The position numbers and the translations under genes are program-made. A stretch of 63,942 nt of DNA, filler included, from Ionaspis alba (taxonomy: Eukaryota), in the NCBI GenBank assembly GCA_964255285.1. It is 4 parts of 4 records of this genome, joined end to end, with 100 filler letters (N's around TTAATTAATTAA, not from the genome) between each part and the next. Parts side by side here need not be neighbours in the genome. Positions count along the whole stretch, not along the records: positions 1 to 16,270 come from CAXUUL010000350.1; positions 16,371 to 32,598 come from CAXUUL010000351.1; 2 more parts are not named here. The stretch is one strand, 5' to 3'. This document shows, in pieces, positions 11,901 to 25,845 of the stretch; positions within the stretch are counted from its first letter, which is position 1; each line of letters opens with the position of its first letter. The notes beneath the pieces are model-generated. The model ran no database searches. It was not told the DNA's origin and saw nothing but the letters and a program-made list of their open reading frames with translations.

Positions 11901-14900
11901 GGCGTACAACGATTCTTGGGTGTCCGCGACTTTGGGGTAGGAGTGTCTGGGGCTTCGCCGACGACAATGCTCTGAAGGGTATCACCTTCACTCGCAGTGT
12001 CATCGTAGTCGAGAGCATAGGTTGTGAAATGAGGAACACGGAAAACCCACTCCCCAGTCTCCTTGTTGTACTTCACAAACTCCGTACCAGTGACCTTCCT
12101 CAGACGATCCACATGCTTCAGGAATTTTGGCCCACTCTTCTCGTATGAAGGTGTCTTCCTGTCTCGCTGCCTTGGCCAAGAGTTCTCAAGCGTGATCGTA
12201 GATGGCACGTTCAAACCCTTGCCCAAGGGAGGCTTCTTGTCGGTCTGAGGGTAGACCGTAAGAGAGCGAAGGGTGATAACGGCAATTTTTCCGAAGATGT
12301 TGTCGAGATCGACCGTTGTCAGGTCTACAGGTTGATCAAAGACGACATGTCCGCAGTGCTCGCGACCAACGGTGAAACCAGATACCTTCTTCAGCTTGTC
12401 TTTGGGTAGCTTCCTCAACTCTTCCCTCGATGGTCGCATATAATATTGACCAGGTTGAGGATCAAGCTGGCTTTGGGATTGACGACCCTGCGAGGTTGGA
12501 CCACTTGATTCTTCTTGATCCTCATCTTCGTGAACAATGGCCAACTCATTTCCCTTGACCTGTTCCATTTCCGGCTGGGTTGGAGCAGAATTTGGTCTTG
12601 CACCATTTGTTCGGCCATTGGTACGAGACGATGAGCGCAGGAATCCTTGTTCTTCTGCGCTGGGAGTCGCACTGCTGTCGGAGCTGCTAGCCCCATTGAT
12701 GTTCCCATCTGGCTCGTTTTCCTTGCCGCTGCCATTTCCTCCTACCGTAGTAGCGTCGAAACTGACCTTTTTCTTGAGAATCGAAGACTGGCGAGACTGG
12801 TCATTCTTGTCTGGACTGGTTAATGCCGCTACAGGCTGAGGTCCAAACAGATCTGTTCGTAGACTTCTATCAATCGTAAGCCTCTTCATACTTCCATTTC
12901 CAGAATAGCGACTGCTTCCAGTGGAAAATGCACCAGGAGACAGAATACTATCGGCGTCATTATCGAAAGTTCGACGGAGGTTGCTCGTAGAGAAGCTCTT
13001 GCCAAGGCTTCGTCCAATGCTGCTTCCAAGCAGGCTGCTGCTGAGACCTGATGGAGTGCTTGGGTTACTCGATATGCTGGAAGGCGTACCGTATGTTGAG
13101 TAAGAGAACCCGAAACCACGTTTTTGAGGTGTCACGAGACGTGAGGCCATAGTAGGGTTGATCTTGTACTGCGGCAACGGTGCATGCTTCTTTTGTTTGT
13201 GCCCTGCAGAGATCGGAGTCGCAATCGGACCAGGGCTAGTTTGAGGTGGCGGTGGTAGGCCACTAAAGATGGACGAGCTGCCATAAGGATTACGATCCAT
13301 GATCGAAGCAGTCATGGACACAGGCGGTCGCAGAGTATTTTGCTGAGAATTCCCGAACAAGGTTGAGGAGTTGTTGCTGTTGCCAAAAAGACCACCAGAT
13401 TGTTGATTCTGGTTGTTTGGTTGCGCACCGAACAGAGATCCTGTATTGGCAGTTTGATTGTTGTTGGCGGTGTTGTTGCCGAATAGACCACCACTACTCC
13501 CAAATCCTCCAAGTGTAGGTTGTTGCTGTTGCTGGGTATTGGTGCTGAAGAGACCGCCTGTCTGATTCTGCTGGTTCTGATTGTTTGTACTTCCAAACAG
13601 TCCACCTGTAGTGTTCGAGGTTCCAATATTGCCGAAGAGTCCACCAGTACCAGTAGCAGCCGGCTTGGGAGCGAAAGGGTTGTTCGCAGTGTTTTGATTT
13701 GTGGTACCACCGAAGGGGTTGTTGGTTGATGATTGCTGGTTAGTCTGATTCGCAGCACCGAAAAGACCGCCTCCTCCTGTATTGACAGTTGTCGAGGTGC
13801 CAAAGAGACCACCAGTCTTCGGCTGGTTATTTCCGAATCCACCAAAACCGGACGGAGTCTGCGCAGGTTGACCAAACGGATTAGGAGCAGGTTGTTGCTG
13901 TTGCTGTTGACTCCCAAAAAGGGAGCCTGCCTGATTGTTGGATGATCCGAACAGGCCACCACTCCCACCAGCGGTGGTACCTCCTCCAAAACCGCCGGCT
14001 GTTCCAAATCCTGTTCCGGCAGCTGAAGTAGACGTGTTCGTTCCTCCAAAGGAGAATCCAGATTTTGGCTGCTGCTGGTTACCACCGAAGAGGCCACCAC
14101 TAGTGGTACCGCTGCCGAAACCTGTATTCTGTGTGTTTCCAAAGCCACTCGTGCCGGCCGTGCCAAAAAGACCACCTCCAGATTGAGCGGACGTAGCGGG
14201 TGTACTACCAAACAACCCACCGGTAGCGGGCTTTGAAGCGCCAAACAGACTAGTGCCGCCTCCGCCAAAGGAGCCTGTGGTTTGGGTGCCGCTACCGCCA
14301 AATGGCGAAGCGCTTGTCGTGGCTTGAGATCCAAATAGGCCAGCACCGGTTCCAGATCCAAAAGCTGAACCTGTGTTCTGTGTATTGGTCTGTCCAAATC
14401 CGCCAAATCCTGTGCTGGCTCCAAACGCTCCCGCCTGGCCACTGCCGTTTCCGTATCTACGACCTTGGTTGTAGTCAGCTAATCGAAGTTCCTGCTGGCG
14501 GTTAGTGAACACTCAAGTGCTGATCTCAAAGGACGCATACCTCAAAAGAGAACTTTTGGTAAGGGGCCATGAAACTGATACTTTGAAAGTGGTTTGTCTG
14601 ACTCGACGAAGGTCCATCTTTCTCCGTAAAAGCCTGGAAGGGCGTGCTACCAGTACCTTGACATTCACCGGTGGTCCCTCCTAGTGCCGTGCTGGCTGGG
14701 GCACCAAAAGCGCTGGTTGTGGTTCCAGGTGGCTGGCCAAAAGCATTTCCGCTTGAGCTACCTCCAAATAGACCACCTCCACCAGTTGTACCAGAGCCGA
14801 ACGCGGGCTTCGGCGTGCTCCCAAATAGGCCACCACTCCCACCACCGAAGGTCGATGTAGTATTTGACGTGTTACTGTTGTTGGAGCCGAAACCTCCGAA

Positions 14901-15555
14901 GCCTGTTCCGCCCGTAGTTGCGGTCGTGCTGCCAAAGAGACCTCCACCTGTTGTGCCACTACCAAATGCAGGCTTGTTGGTGCTACCGAAAGGTGTCGAG
15001 CTGGAGGCGCCGAATGCTGAGCCTGATGAAACCAAAGTTAGTAATGACTCAATATTTGCAATCATCGGAAGAGTTCTCTGAGTCCTCCATGTTCTGCGAA
15101 ATGGTCTACTATACCACGTCGAAATTCAAGTGCATAGGCTCCGTGGGAGACCATTTAGATATGCTTGACAGTTTCGAGCGGTTGCCGACCACGAATCTTC
15201 GAGTAAGGTCGAGTAGTCCATGACCTAGTAGGAAGAGAACGTACCTCCAGATCCGAATAGACCACCAGCGGTGTTGCCTGTCCCACTCCCGAAGCTAGTA
15301 GCGTTTGACTGTTGTCCAAAGCCTAGAAGATACCAGAAGAGGCGCATTAGAGGTTGTGGTTCGGAGATCCTTCGAACTGCCGGACAGTGGAGTTGATACC
15401 ACTGAATAGGCTGCTCTCTAGATGAAGGAAATGGTAGAGAAATGAAATCTGAACCTACCGGTATTGCTGCTAGAACCAAATCCAGAAAACGGTGTGCTTT
15501 GCTGCTGCTGCTGATTGTTCGACCCAAAACCACCAAACCCTCCGAATGTCGACAT
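8995..15555 (-). CDS. nup98: Nup98-Nup96 polyprotein nucleoporin (Nup145/Nup189/SonB)
   Basis: GLFG/FG repeats, GLEBS-like segment (GTGSTPF..SISFMAPYQKFSFEELRLADY), autoprotease domain ending W-x-F-x-V-P-H-F-T, and a Nup96 domain (DWKRAFGLRLWY). Six GT-AG introns. Confidence 0.96.
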
Positions 15556-16270
15556 CGTTGAATATATTGGCTTGACTTGTCGCAATATCAAAGTGCGGTG
15601 ATGAAAGGTGAGGATGGAGGTAAAATAGTAAAATTCGTCGAAACCCGGTCAAGACGCGCCTCACGTAGAAGCCCCAAGCAGCTCTATGAAAGCATCACAC
15701 ATTGGCGGTTGGGATATGTGATGGAATGAGGGTGTTGTGCACAGAGGGAGTAGAGTAGTGTGCGCCAAAGGAGAAGAGTCGAGCCGTCTTTGATGAAATG
15801 CTGGTGAAGCCGACGCGCTCTTCCAAATGGAATGATCGTGAAGGTGTTGCAGAGAGGAGGTAGAGGTCAGTCATTTTTAGCGAAGCGCCAAGGCTCTTAA
15901 GGCTAGCGGAAACTTCAAGGCATCAACGAGGCACTAGCATCGTATGGCCGCCTACTGATATATTTGCTTCCTGAGTCTAGATTCTACATTCCGATTTACA
16001 AAGACGACACTCTACTGGTTGATTTCTTCCTCAAGCTTCTATAAGGTCATCTGATCAATTCTAGATGAGCTATTGGATTATCAATCGATTCTTTCTCACA
16101 GAATCTACCAAAATCACGAAACAAGATACAGCCGGAATCATTCTCCAAACATTCATGACGCGTGAGATGTCCGGATATTGTGTGGTTCTTGCAGCGCAGT
16201 GGGATGTTGCCTAAAGCTACCTACCGAAGCAGTGTGTGCTTCGATCAACCAACTTGGAGACGGCCGCAGG

Positions 16271-16370
16271 NNNNNNNNNNNNNNNNNNNNNNNNNNNNNN
16301 NNNNNNNNNNNNNNTTAATTAATTAANNNNNNNNNNNNNNNNNNNNNNNNNNNNNNNNNNNNNNNNNNNN
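16271..16370. other. Assembly gap with TTAATTAATTAA linker
   Basis: N-run containing a six-frame stop linker. The same linker occurs at 32599-32698 and 48871-48970. Confidence 0.97.
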
Positions 16371-17625
16371 TTCGAAGGCGCGGTTGCTGTTCGATTCTTC
16401 TTGGGAGTGTTCGAAGCTGCCGTCACTCCTGGTTTTGCCTTGTTCACGTCTCAGGTATGCCTTATTCTGAATATGACCCCATTGCGCCTGACCTGATCCG
16501 AAATTGTACTGGTCTTCGGCTACACGTCACAAGATTCCACAAGTCTAACCACACTGTAGTGGTACACCAAACGGGAGCAAGGCTTTCGCACCGGCATCTG
16601 GTTCAGTTTCAACGGCTTTGCTCAAATCTTCGGCGGCCTGGTAGCCTATGGCATTGCACGAGGCGCGCGCGTGAACGGCTTCTCGATTGCACCGTGGAAG
16701 ATTGTGTTCCTCTTTACCGGGCTGCTGACATCAGCCGTTGGTTGCGTGTTCCTCTTTCTCATGCCCGACAACCAGCTGAACGCACGTTGGCTGAGCAAGC
16801 CCGACCGGCGACTTGCAATCGAGCGAGTCAGGATCAATCAGCAGGGAATTGGAAACAAGCATTTCAAGATGTACCAGCTGCTGGAAGCATTGAGAGATCC
16901 ACTGACATGGGCTTTTGTGTTTTACGCACTAGTTGCTGATATCCCGAATGGAGGAATCACCAATTTCTTCAGCCAGCTCATTGTTTCCTTTGGCTACACC
17001 CCCGAGGAGAGTCTTTTGTACGGGACCCCAGGTGGGGCGGTTGAGATATTTGCCCTGATCGTGTGTGGATATTTGGGAGATCGCTTTGGTCACAGGCTAC
17101 TCATTAGTACTTCGGGCTTGCTAGTAGCGATCCTGGGCATGCTGCTCATTGTGGCTCTTCCTCTTGAGAACAGCGGTGGCCGTCTGGCAGGGTACTATCT
17201 GACGCAAGCAAGTCCCACTCCATTTGTGGCATTGCTCTCCTTGATTGCCACAAATGTAGCTGGATACACCAAGAAGACGACGGTTGCTGCTATGTATCTT
17301 ATCGCGTATTGTGTTGGCAACATTATCGGTATGGTGTCTCTTGGAGCTTCTCAGCATGAGAGAGATCTGTTTGGCTAATTTGCCATCATCAGGTCCGCAA
17401 ACCTTCCGTCCTTCAGACGCACCGAGATATAAGCCGGCGGAGATTACTATCGTCGTATGTTTCGTTGCAGCACTTCTGGACATCATTTTCATCTGGTGGT
17501 ACTGCCGACATCAGAACAGGAAGAAAGCCGCGATACGTGCACAGCCATCGTATACGAGGCTGGAGAACCAGGAATGGCTGGATTTGACCGACAAGGAGAA
17601 TCCAGAATTCATATATACTTTATAA
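16371..17625 (+). CDS. MFS allantoate/dipeptide permease (Dal5/ACS family), 5' end lost in gap
   Basis: Motifs RFFLGVFEAAVTPGF, WYTKREQ, IPNGGITNF, NVAGYTKK, GNIIGPQTF, DLTDKENPEFIY. Introns near 16455-16559 and 17329-17392. Confidence 0.9.
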
Positions 17626-17923
17626 TGAAGCTTATGAAATTTTGACCTTTACCCATACATCCATATGTGCATTGGCAGACAAATCTTTCAGACCATGCAT
17701 GTATTCGTTACTATGAACATAAACGCAAAATGATCTCGATCCTGACTCTTATAGAAAAGCGTGGCCGAAACCAAAGGACCATGACATATACCCACGGATT
17801 AGAAATACATAGTCTTCGTAATAGACATGCCCATCTTATTCTGTCCAAAAAAGAAACCCACACGCTGTACAGTCGAGCCTCCCTCATCTATAATCATTAG
17901 TCGCTATACCCAATGCCCCGTCG

Positions 17924-20224
17924 TCACACAAAAGCCCCTCCTCCACCACTCCCGCCACCAGGCTTTCTGTGCTCCAACTCCTTATCCTTATACTCCCCCA
18001 CATCTAGCGGATCCAGCTCACTATCACTACTCCCCTCCCCCACTCCACCAGCCCGATCCGTATACCTCCCCTCAGCATCCTTCTCCCCAGGTCCCAGCGC
18101 AGTCCCCATCGATGACCCGGTCACATTCCTACTCGCCGAAAAATACTGATCCTCGTCCTCAGAATGGGGGTCAATCTGCGGCAGCATATGACTCGAATCG
18201 CCCTTCACAAGCCCCAACCTCTCCTCTTCCGTCGCCGTCTTGATCTTCGGAATCCCGTGCTCTCGACTCCCTTGCCTACTCCCCAGCCCCTTACGCGCCG
18301 GTGGGTGGCCATCATCGGAGGGCGTTTGCTTGTGCCTATGGAAGACGTTCTGGAAGGAAAACTGCCTTTTCGCGCCATGCGCACTGTGAGGCGGTGGTCT
18401 AGGCGCTAGCGCATCGGCTTTTGCCCGTAGGTGGTCATCCACATCAGGAGCCCACATTATCGGCTTCCCATGGGCCGTCGTTCCCGAAGTGCCGGGCGAG
18501 ATGCGACTGCTACCGCCGGACATATCGTGGGTCGGGTGTTGAAGGGCAGGAGGTAGGCCGAGGACATGCGACATTTCCATGGCGCCGGGCGGTTGGTGTG
18601 AGTATTGCGTGTTGACGTCGCTGTCGAAGCCTTTGTAGGGCGGGACAGCTATCTCGCTTATGTCTGGAGTCTGAGTGAGGTGGTGCGCATCGGGGGTGCC
18701 TGCACCAAGATTCTTGTCTTGGTTTGGAGCGAGCGTGCTCTGGGCGCGGCGACGACGGAAGCTGTTGAGGAAGGAGCCGCGGAAGCCGGCGGAGGAGTCG
18801 CCGCTATTGGCTGTGTCGGGACGGTTAGTCTCGTCGTCGTCCTCGGGGAAGTAGGTCAGGCCGAGAGGTGGATGGAGGGTTTTGCGGCGAGCGAGGCCGC
18901 CGCCCCCGAGGCCTTCTCCAAGGGTGGTCTTTCGGCGTCGAAGACCGTCCCATTGGACTTGCTCGTCTTCACCGATGGGCTCCATGTGATCTTTCATTCT
19001 GTCTTCGTGGATGCGTTTGGCTTCTGCGGCTTCGTTCTTTTGTCTCGATTTCGACATTCGGCGGATGATAGCTGCGGTACCTCGAATTGCATCGGCTTTG
19101 GGTTCTGATTCTGGCTCTTCTTGCTCGGCTACTGTCCTGACTTGGTCGAGGTCACCGGTGAAGACTTTGGTGTCTGGGACGTCTTTCGCGGATTTAGAAA
19201 GTTGCAGTAATACGACTCCTGCGCAAATCTGTAGAAATCCCATGATAATAGTAGCGATACCGATTGGAGTGCCTTTGAAGCCACGAAAAAGAATCGCAGA
19301 GGCGACAATGGTTGAGCTTGTGAAGTAGACGTAATACGTTGGCGTAACAAGTGCTGCGTTGAAAAGATTCAATGCTTTCTGTCGTACTTGTTAGCCAACT
19401 GCTGTGAGCGTCCCTGGTAGAAAGCTTACATTGAGGTAGATAATCTCTGTCAGTAGCGTTGCAATAACAAAGACAAACAAAACGTATAGAAACCACTTAT
19501 TGAACTGCTGTTCTCCTCTAGCCTGAGCAACCACTGCAGCCCCCAGTCCTTGAGTCGCGACGACACTCAATCCACCAACAAGGCTGCAAATACTTAGGTA
19601 TACCAGCATGCTCCTCTTCCCATATCTTGGACCCAGCCAGAAAGCGATGAAGGCACACCCGATGATGATGACTCCTGCATAGCTCAGAAATCCTGGTGCA
19701 ATAACGAACTGCTGCATATCCTCAATATTCTTGGCAGAACTCTGAGCAGGAGCGTTCATGACGATGACAATCGATCCAATGATGCAGATGAAGCACCCGA
19801 TCTTGCCCACGAAGCTAAGGCGTTCCTTGAGGAAAATGGCAGACAGGATCGTAGTAATGACGACCGAGAGAGCACCCAGTGGCGTGACCAAAATCGCATC
19901 AACGAACGCATATGCCACGAAGTTGCAAATCTCCCCGATAATCATAAGCGTCATGCCAGTCCACCAGTAGAAATTCTTCAGATATCCATATCCCTCGCCC
20001 GCTTCCTCATTGTATTTGACATTGGCTCTCAACAGCCCGACCTTCTTCAGAACGAAAGAAATCCCGATAAACACCCCCGAAGCAATCGCCAACGATATAC
20101 CGACCGCTTTGTATGCTGGTGGTCGCGAATCAGGCTCTGGGCAGGGACAGGTACAGGTGTCGTTCGTGGCTCGTGTGAAGAGTTCGTGACCAGTTGCGAA
20201 GAAGGAAGATGCGTGGAGGGCCAT
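17924..20224 (-). CDS. NIPA/DUF803 magnesium transporter with long disordered C-tail
   Basis: Motifs GEGYGYLKNFYWW, GEICNFVAYAF, VTPLGALSV, YLNKALNLFNAALVTPTYYV. Intron 19379-19429. Confidence 0.93.
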
Positions 20225-21475
20225 GATGCCCTTATTTTCTGCTCAAGCAAAAAGGTCTGTATCGAGCGTGATAGGCTGGCTATCGCAGTGGCCAAAAGGT
20301 TGTAGGCACAAGAAAAGTAATGGCGAAAGTTCGTCGCTCCTCGCTCACAAGTAGCGTTCCATCTAGGCGCTTGCTATGGAGGTCGAGTGTTTCATCGGGT
20401 TCGTTGTTTAGGGAGAAGTATCTCGAAAGTGGCAGAACACGCCCGTAGAAGTCAATTGCCTCGATTCTGACAAAGGGATGTGGTTTTGATTGCGGGCAAG
20501 ATGCAGCAGACGTCGTGGGAATTGACTTGTTTATTCGCGACGGCGGCGGCGCATGCGTATGCCGTGCCCTGGGCGTGGGATGATGACAGGAACGGCGAGG
20601 CAGTGCAGGAATCTAGCCAAGTCCTCCTAGGAAGCCTCTAAACTGCTTTTCCCACAAATCAATAGAAATTGCGCTGCTGCACTATTGAAGGAGGGGATTC
20701 TTTGTAGAGAAGAAATAGGTCGTTGCGGAAGGTGGAGTTGTTGAGGAAGTCGTGAGGAGTCGCCCGGTCGTTAGAGAGAGCGCCTCGTGTGTGTAGCAGA
20801 AGTTAGGAGTTCCTTACTACGACCCTTCGAGCATAAACTCGGTCCCAGCGATCAATTGCCCTTATTGGTCTGGCTACTCTACACGCATTACCAGTAATAG
20901 GTCGTCGTAACCACTTTGCATACTCCCCGATCCGAAGGATCGGATCTTCCCTTCTATTCTGGGATCTCGGTCATTTAGATAGCCGTCGCTATTAGGACAT
21001 TTCGTGTGCTGTCTTTTCAGATTCGAGATACAAGAACATTTGCCACAGCAGCTCTGCAACCACCACTACTGCATCTAAAGACATCTAGAACTTCGGCCTC
21101 TGTAGCACTGGAACATCTCAAACATAAAAATATCGGTGATGATCGCAGTCCTTTTCAGTGATTTGATTCGATATAGGTATACGCTTTTTGCCCTATTCGT
21201 GACAGTCGTCATATGTACAGGATAACCACCTCTCTCCTTGTGCTAAATCTAGCTTGACCTTTCTGCTGCACGATCAAGTATCGTCTCATACCTCTCATCA
21301 AGCATGTAGCAATAGATTTCAGTCGAAATTTCCTCCCAAGTAAAACCATCATAGCATTCACGCATTGGTATATGCCCAACCCCAACGCCATGACCTCGAA
21401 ACCCTCGGTCCAGGAATGCACCGCCATATTCAAACTCCCTGTTATTCAAAACACATAGCCCACTCCTAGACAACC

Positions 21476-23388
21476 TCATCTTCCAATAAATTCTGGCTTT
21501 CGCGCCATATTTACCACAGGAGGTGGACCATCGTTGTCCGGATACGGGAGCTTGGCATGGCCGTTCCCACGATAAGGGGGGTTGAATCTGCCGTCGTCTC
21601 TCAGATTCTGGTACTGTTGTATCGGTGTCTTGGGTGGCAGTGGAGGCGGTTCCGGTCTGCCCTCGTTGCTTCGCCTCATCTCGTTACTCCTCCTTGGGGA
21701 AGGAATAATAGAGCCTTGCGACCTTCGCGGACTATCTCCTCGAGTTGGCATCTCCCCTGATCGTCGAGGAGGCGTGTTTGTGCTTCCTGGCGGGATGTCG
21801 TCCGCTGCGATGATTGCGAATTTGTCTTGAGAAGACGAAAGTTGCGTATACCGAGGCGAGAGAACTTGATGAGGCCCTTGACCTTGACGTTGATATGCTG
21901 GACCATCATCGCCCGGTAGCTCAATGGCATTGGGTTCCTGCAAAGGCGGAAGGTCCGGCGGTGGGGGTCTCTGATATCCGTCCAATTCCCCAGCGGTCGT
22001 ATAAGCTATGTGCCGCCTCTTCGCCCTTTCTATCCTCGCCAGCTTCACTGCCACATCCTCGTTGATTCGCTTGACTTCCGATCTGGCAAGGTAGTGTCTG
22101 GTATTGGTGCTAATATCGGCAAGTCGGTTCCATTCATTCATTCCAAATTCTCCCACCCCGACCTCCACGTTCAGACGGTAATAATTATCGGGGTTCACTC
22201 CTCTCTTGGCCAAATGCTCGTTCCGCATGTATTGATGGGTATCCTCGCAGCCTTCGATCTTGGATATCAGTCTTCTTCTTGCCTCTGCAAAGTCCCCAAC
22301 ACTGCTTCCGACAAACCCCTCCCACCACTCGTGTTGCTGGCTGGCGGTTCCACCCGGTCGTTTGCCAGTACCGATGCTCACAAATACCCCCAGTTCTCTA
22401 CCAGGCCACTCATTCACAACCGCTTCGTCCAGGATTTGTGGCGCAGGATTGTATTTCCCAGCACCTTCATCAATAAACACGGATTGGCCAATCTGTATCG
22501 GTTTGAAGGCTAATCCAGTAGCAGCCGTTGCTCTACCAGCCTGCCATATCGTGCAGTTGAACTCGGGCGCTGGTTCTTTCCGCGAATCGTAAGACCTCAG
22601 TAATATTGAGCCACCGTTCTTAGGTGTGCCCTTGTATACCGCTGTAACAGCACTACAGCCACGTTAGCCTCGCCCTGAAAACGATCGGTATGATGGTACT
22701 CACGTCTTTGTTCTGTTCTCCCTCGAATCATAGAGATAAGCATTCGGGTTTCCCCATCCCTTTGAAAATGCATTACTGCGGGAAGAGACAGGACTGAACC
22801 CGCTAGTGACGGACGCCATAGACATGCGGTTGCCTGTATCGCCCATCGAGCTCCTAGGAGTCATGGGGCTCATAGGCAGTTCTCGACCTCCACTGGCCAT
22901 CCCATCATTCCCTTCGTCCTCGAAAATGGTATGTTCGCGCACACATTCTCTGATCGCTTCCTCCAATTTCGAGGCCTTGAAAAGAGTGGACCGGTAGGGT
23001 ATCCCAGCGATCGTTTTATCAGTCTCGAAGACTTTCTTCGTCATCCGCACATAGACCTCCTTGCAGGTCTCAAGGTCAAGCCGCAGTCGACCCAGCATGA
23101 TAGCGATGAGTCCTCCAGTACCCGTGCCGGCGATAAGGTCGAAATACTCGCATGGCTTGGGAATCTGTTCTCTCTTGGGTGGTTTGCCTTCCGTTTCGTT
23201 GTATGTCTTGTACATCAGTTCCTGGAGCAGGATGAGCATAGAATAACCGCGGACTCCGCCGCCATCTATATTCATAATTAGCACAAACTCCTGTCTCTCT
23301 AGTCGTTAGATGAAGCCCTACCAAGCGACAGGACGCGGAGAGGCGGTCCTTTGGTTGTGTCTTTGCGACGAAGCCCTTGAGACTCCAT
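21476..23388 (-). CDS. Patatin-like phospholipase-domain protein (degenerate catalytic motifs) with Pro-rich tail
   Basis: Motifs LSLDGGGVRG, PCEYFDLIAGTGTGG, ATAATG, FIDEG, SIGTG, NYYRLNV. Two introns. Confidence 0.9.
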
Positions 23389-24470
23389 ATTGGCCGTTGC
23401 CGGCGCAAACTGATGGTGGGGCGGTTTGGAGCCGCTGACGAGGAAAGGCTTGGTAGGTTTGCACGGTGTACTTTCAGATCAGGGAGTAAAAGGGTTCAGT
23501 CGTGAAGGATTATGTATGTAGTATGAAGAAATTGAATGAGTATTGTAGGACAGTAATGGCGAGAGTGGTTGGAGTCGTGTACGACGAATGTAAGTCAGCC
23601 TAGGAGTCAGCCCTCAGTAAAGACGCACCCAAGTGTGACGTGAATTATGGTCGACCCCCAATCTGTTCGGTGCCTCTGGAGTGCCCGCGGGAGACGCTAA
23701 GATATAGGTGCCTCCCGGGTAATTGGACAGAGAAAGCTTCGATTCTATTATTGTTTCTTCCCTCTCTCGATTCGATAGATTGATCTTCAAGGATCAACAG
23801 CATGCTGAGGATGAAGCTCTAGTTGCCGATGCGAAAGGGATCCTGTTCTTCCGGTTCGCAAAGGCTGACGTGGATCATTGGACAGCGACGCACGAAGAGT
23901 CCAGCTGCGCACATTATCCTCCCTGACTGGATGGTGGCTGTGCAGCGGTCAATCGCCTTCACCGCGAACGCCTTCTGAAGCCTTGAGCGGCTACCTGAAT
24001 TGCAGATATCGAATTGATGATCTGAAGTAGCACGACCTGTTACAGGAGCAATATAGACTGGATGGGATTACCCTCATGCAGTTCTACAGTCTTGCTGCCG
24101 GACGCCAGTGTGCATTGCGGGTTCCCCAACTTGACCGCAGTCTCTCCGTGCAGGCGGTCAAGTATGACCTTGCCCGTTACCCTTGGAGCGATAGTGCACT
24201 GGTGAAAGCAACCAGCCCACTGCAAAAGCACGACTAGTGTAGCCATACCTGTATGGTGCGTAGTGGCCCGCGAGAAAGCTTGACCAGCAGGAGTGTGCGC
24301 CCCCGCCATATTATTGATATTCCTTTTCTGCGGTAGCGGGGTAGTTCTCTCAGTCTACTTCGTCATATTCTTGATTGTGTTGATTTCCTTGTAAGAGATA
24401 TCAAGACCTCTTTGATCTTTAAAGAGATCACAAATATACTCCTCTAAACATCTTTCTGAGAACTACCAAA

Positions 24471-25714
24471 ATGCACATCTCCCAAGTGAGACTTCTAATT
24501 TGACATCCCTGGAACGTGCATCAATTAACCGTTACATAGCTGTATACATATCCCATCAAGTCCCTCCGTGAGGTTGCCCTCACCTCAACTGAAGTTACCA
24601 AGCGCGGGTTTCCCTATGACAGGCGATTCATCATCCTGAAAGTCCATCCTGAAGATGCCTCCATCGGCAAGAAGGCGTACTATCAGAACATGACCATCAC
24701 TTATTTTCCAGCCATGGCATTATTTCTACAGGAAATCCGCTCCAGCAAAGGTACAGATTCATCGGATCTTCTGGTCGTCACGTACCAACCTCCCACTGGA
24801 GATGCGAAGCAACTTGAGATACCACTGGAGCCAGCTGTCGATCAGTTGGACATGATAGAGGTCAATTTACACAACAGCCCCACCAAGGCTTTCAAGATGG
24901 AAGAACAGTACAACAAATGGTTCTCACAATGCTTTGGCTACGACGTTGTTCTCGCGTATCTAGGTCCTCATCATCGTGCTGTCCTCGGCAATCTCTCCCC
25001 GAATGTAGCAAAACAGTCAAGTGGTAATTCTAGCTCATGGATGTCTTCTATCACGAATCGTCTCCCATCCTTTGGCTCTGAAGACCCAGAGAAAGCAATC
25101 GAAGACGGCATCACGTTTGCGGACGTATCAGCGTATCTGGTTGTGACCGAGGAATCACTCAAGGACGTGTCATCTCGATTGCCGGAAGATGAGCAAATGA
25201 ACATGACGAAATTCAGACCAAACATCGTTATTTCTGGAGCGGAGAAAGCATGGGACGAGGACTACTGGGGAGGAGTTTCTATTACGAAGGACGGTGATGG
25301 GCAGAAATCGGACCCAATCATTCTGGATCTTACACAGAACTGTGCACGATGTGTCTCAATCAACGTTGACTATCACACTGGGGAGCCTGGCAAAGGGGAA
25401 TCAGGAGCTGTTCTGAAAAAGATGATGAAAGATAGACGGGTTGATCGAGGTGCCAAGTGGAGTCCCATATTTGGGAGATATGGATTCATGCAGCCTGCAA
25501 AGGCGCTTGGAAAGAGAGAGATTGCTATTGGCGATAAAGTGGAGGTCACCAAGGTCAATGCTGAGAGAACCACGTTTGGTGAGTCTAATATCCCATGTCA
25601 TTGTTTCTATTCATCATCATCACAATCGTCATCATACACTTCCAAACTATCCACTGCTATCATGCCATGCTGATCGATCCTACAGTATGGCCTGGTCTCG
25701 GAACCGCATTATAG
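24471..25714 (+). CDS. MOSC-domain protein (mARC-like)
   Basis: Motifs LYTYPIKSL, YDRRF, FRPNIVISG, CARCV. Exons 24471-24485, 24540-25578 and 25686-25714. Confidence 0.92.
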
Positions 25715-25845
25715 ATCATCAGCATCAGGAAACCTCAAATCTATGGCTGCAGCCGACCCGCGGACCCTTGAGCGGTGTCAGCCTTCTCACTCGAACATAC
25801 GGTGGCAAGGCCAGATTCAAAGCACAAGTCTCACTCTCATCGCTT

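Noticed and set aside
13312..14442. 376-aa alternative-frame ORF within nup98
   Set aside because: Shadow of the low-complexity FG-repeat codons.
16315..16326. TTAATTAATTAA palindrome recurring in three gaps
   Set aside because: Artificial scaffolding linker with stops in all frames.
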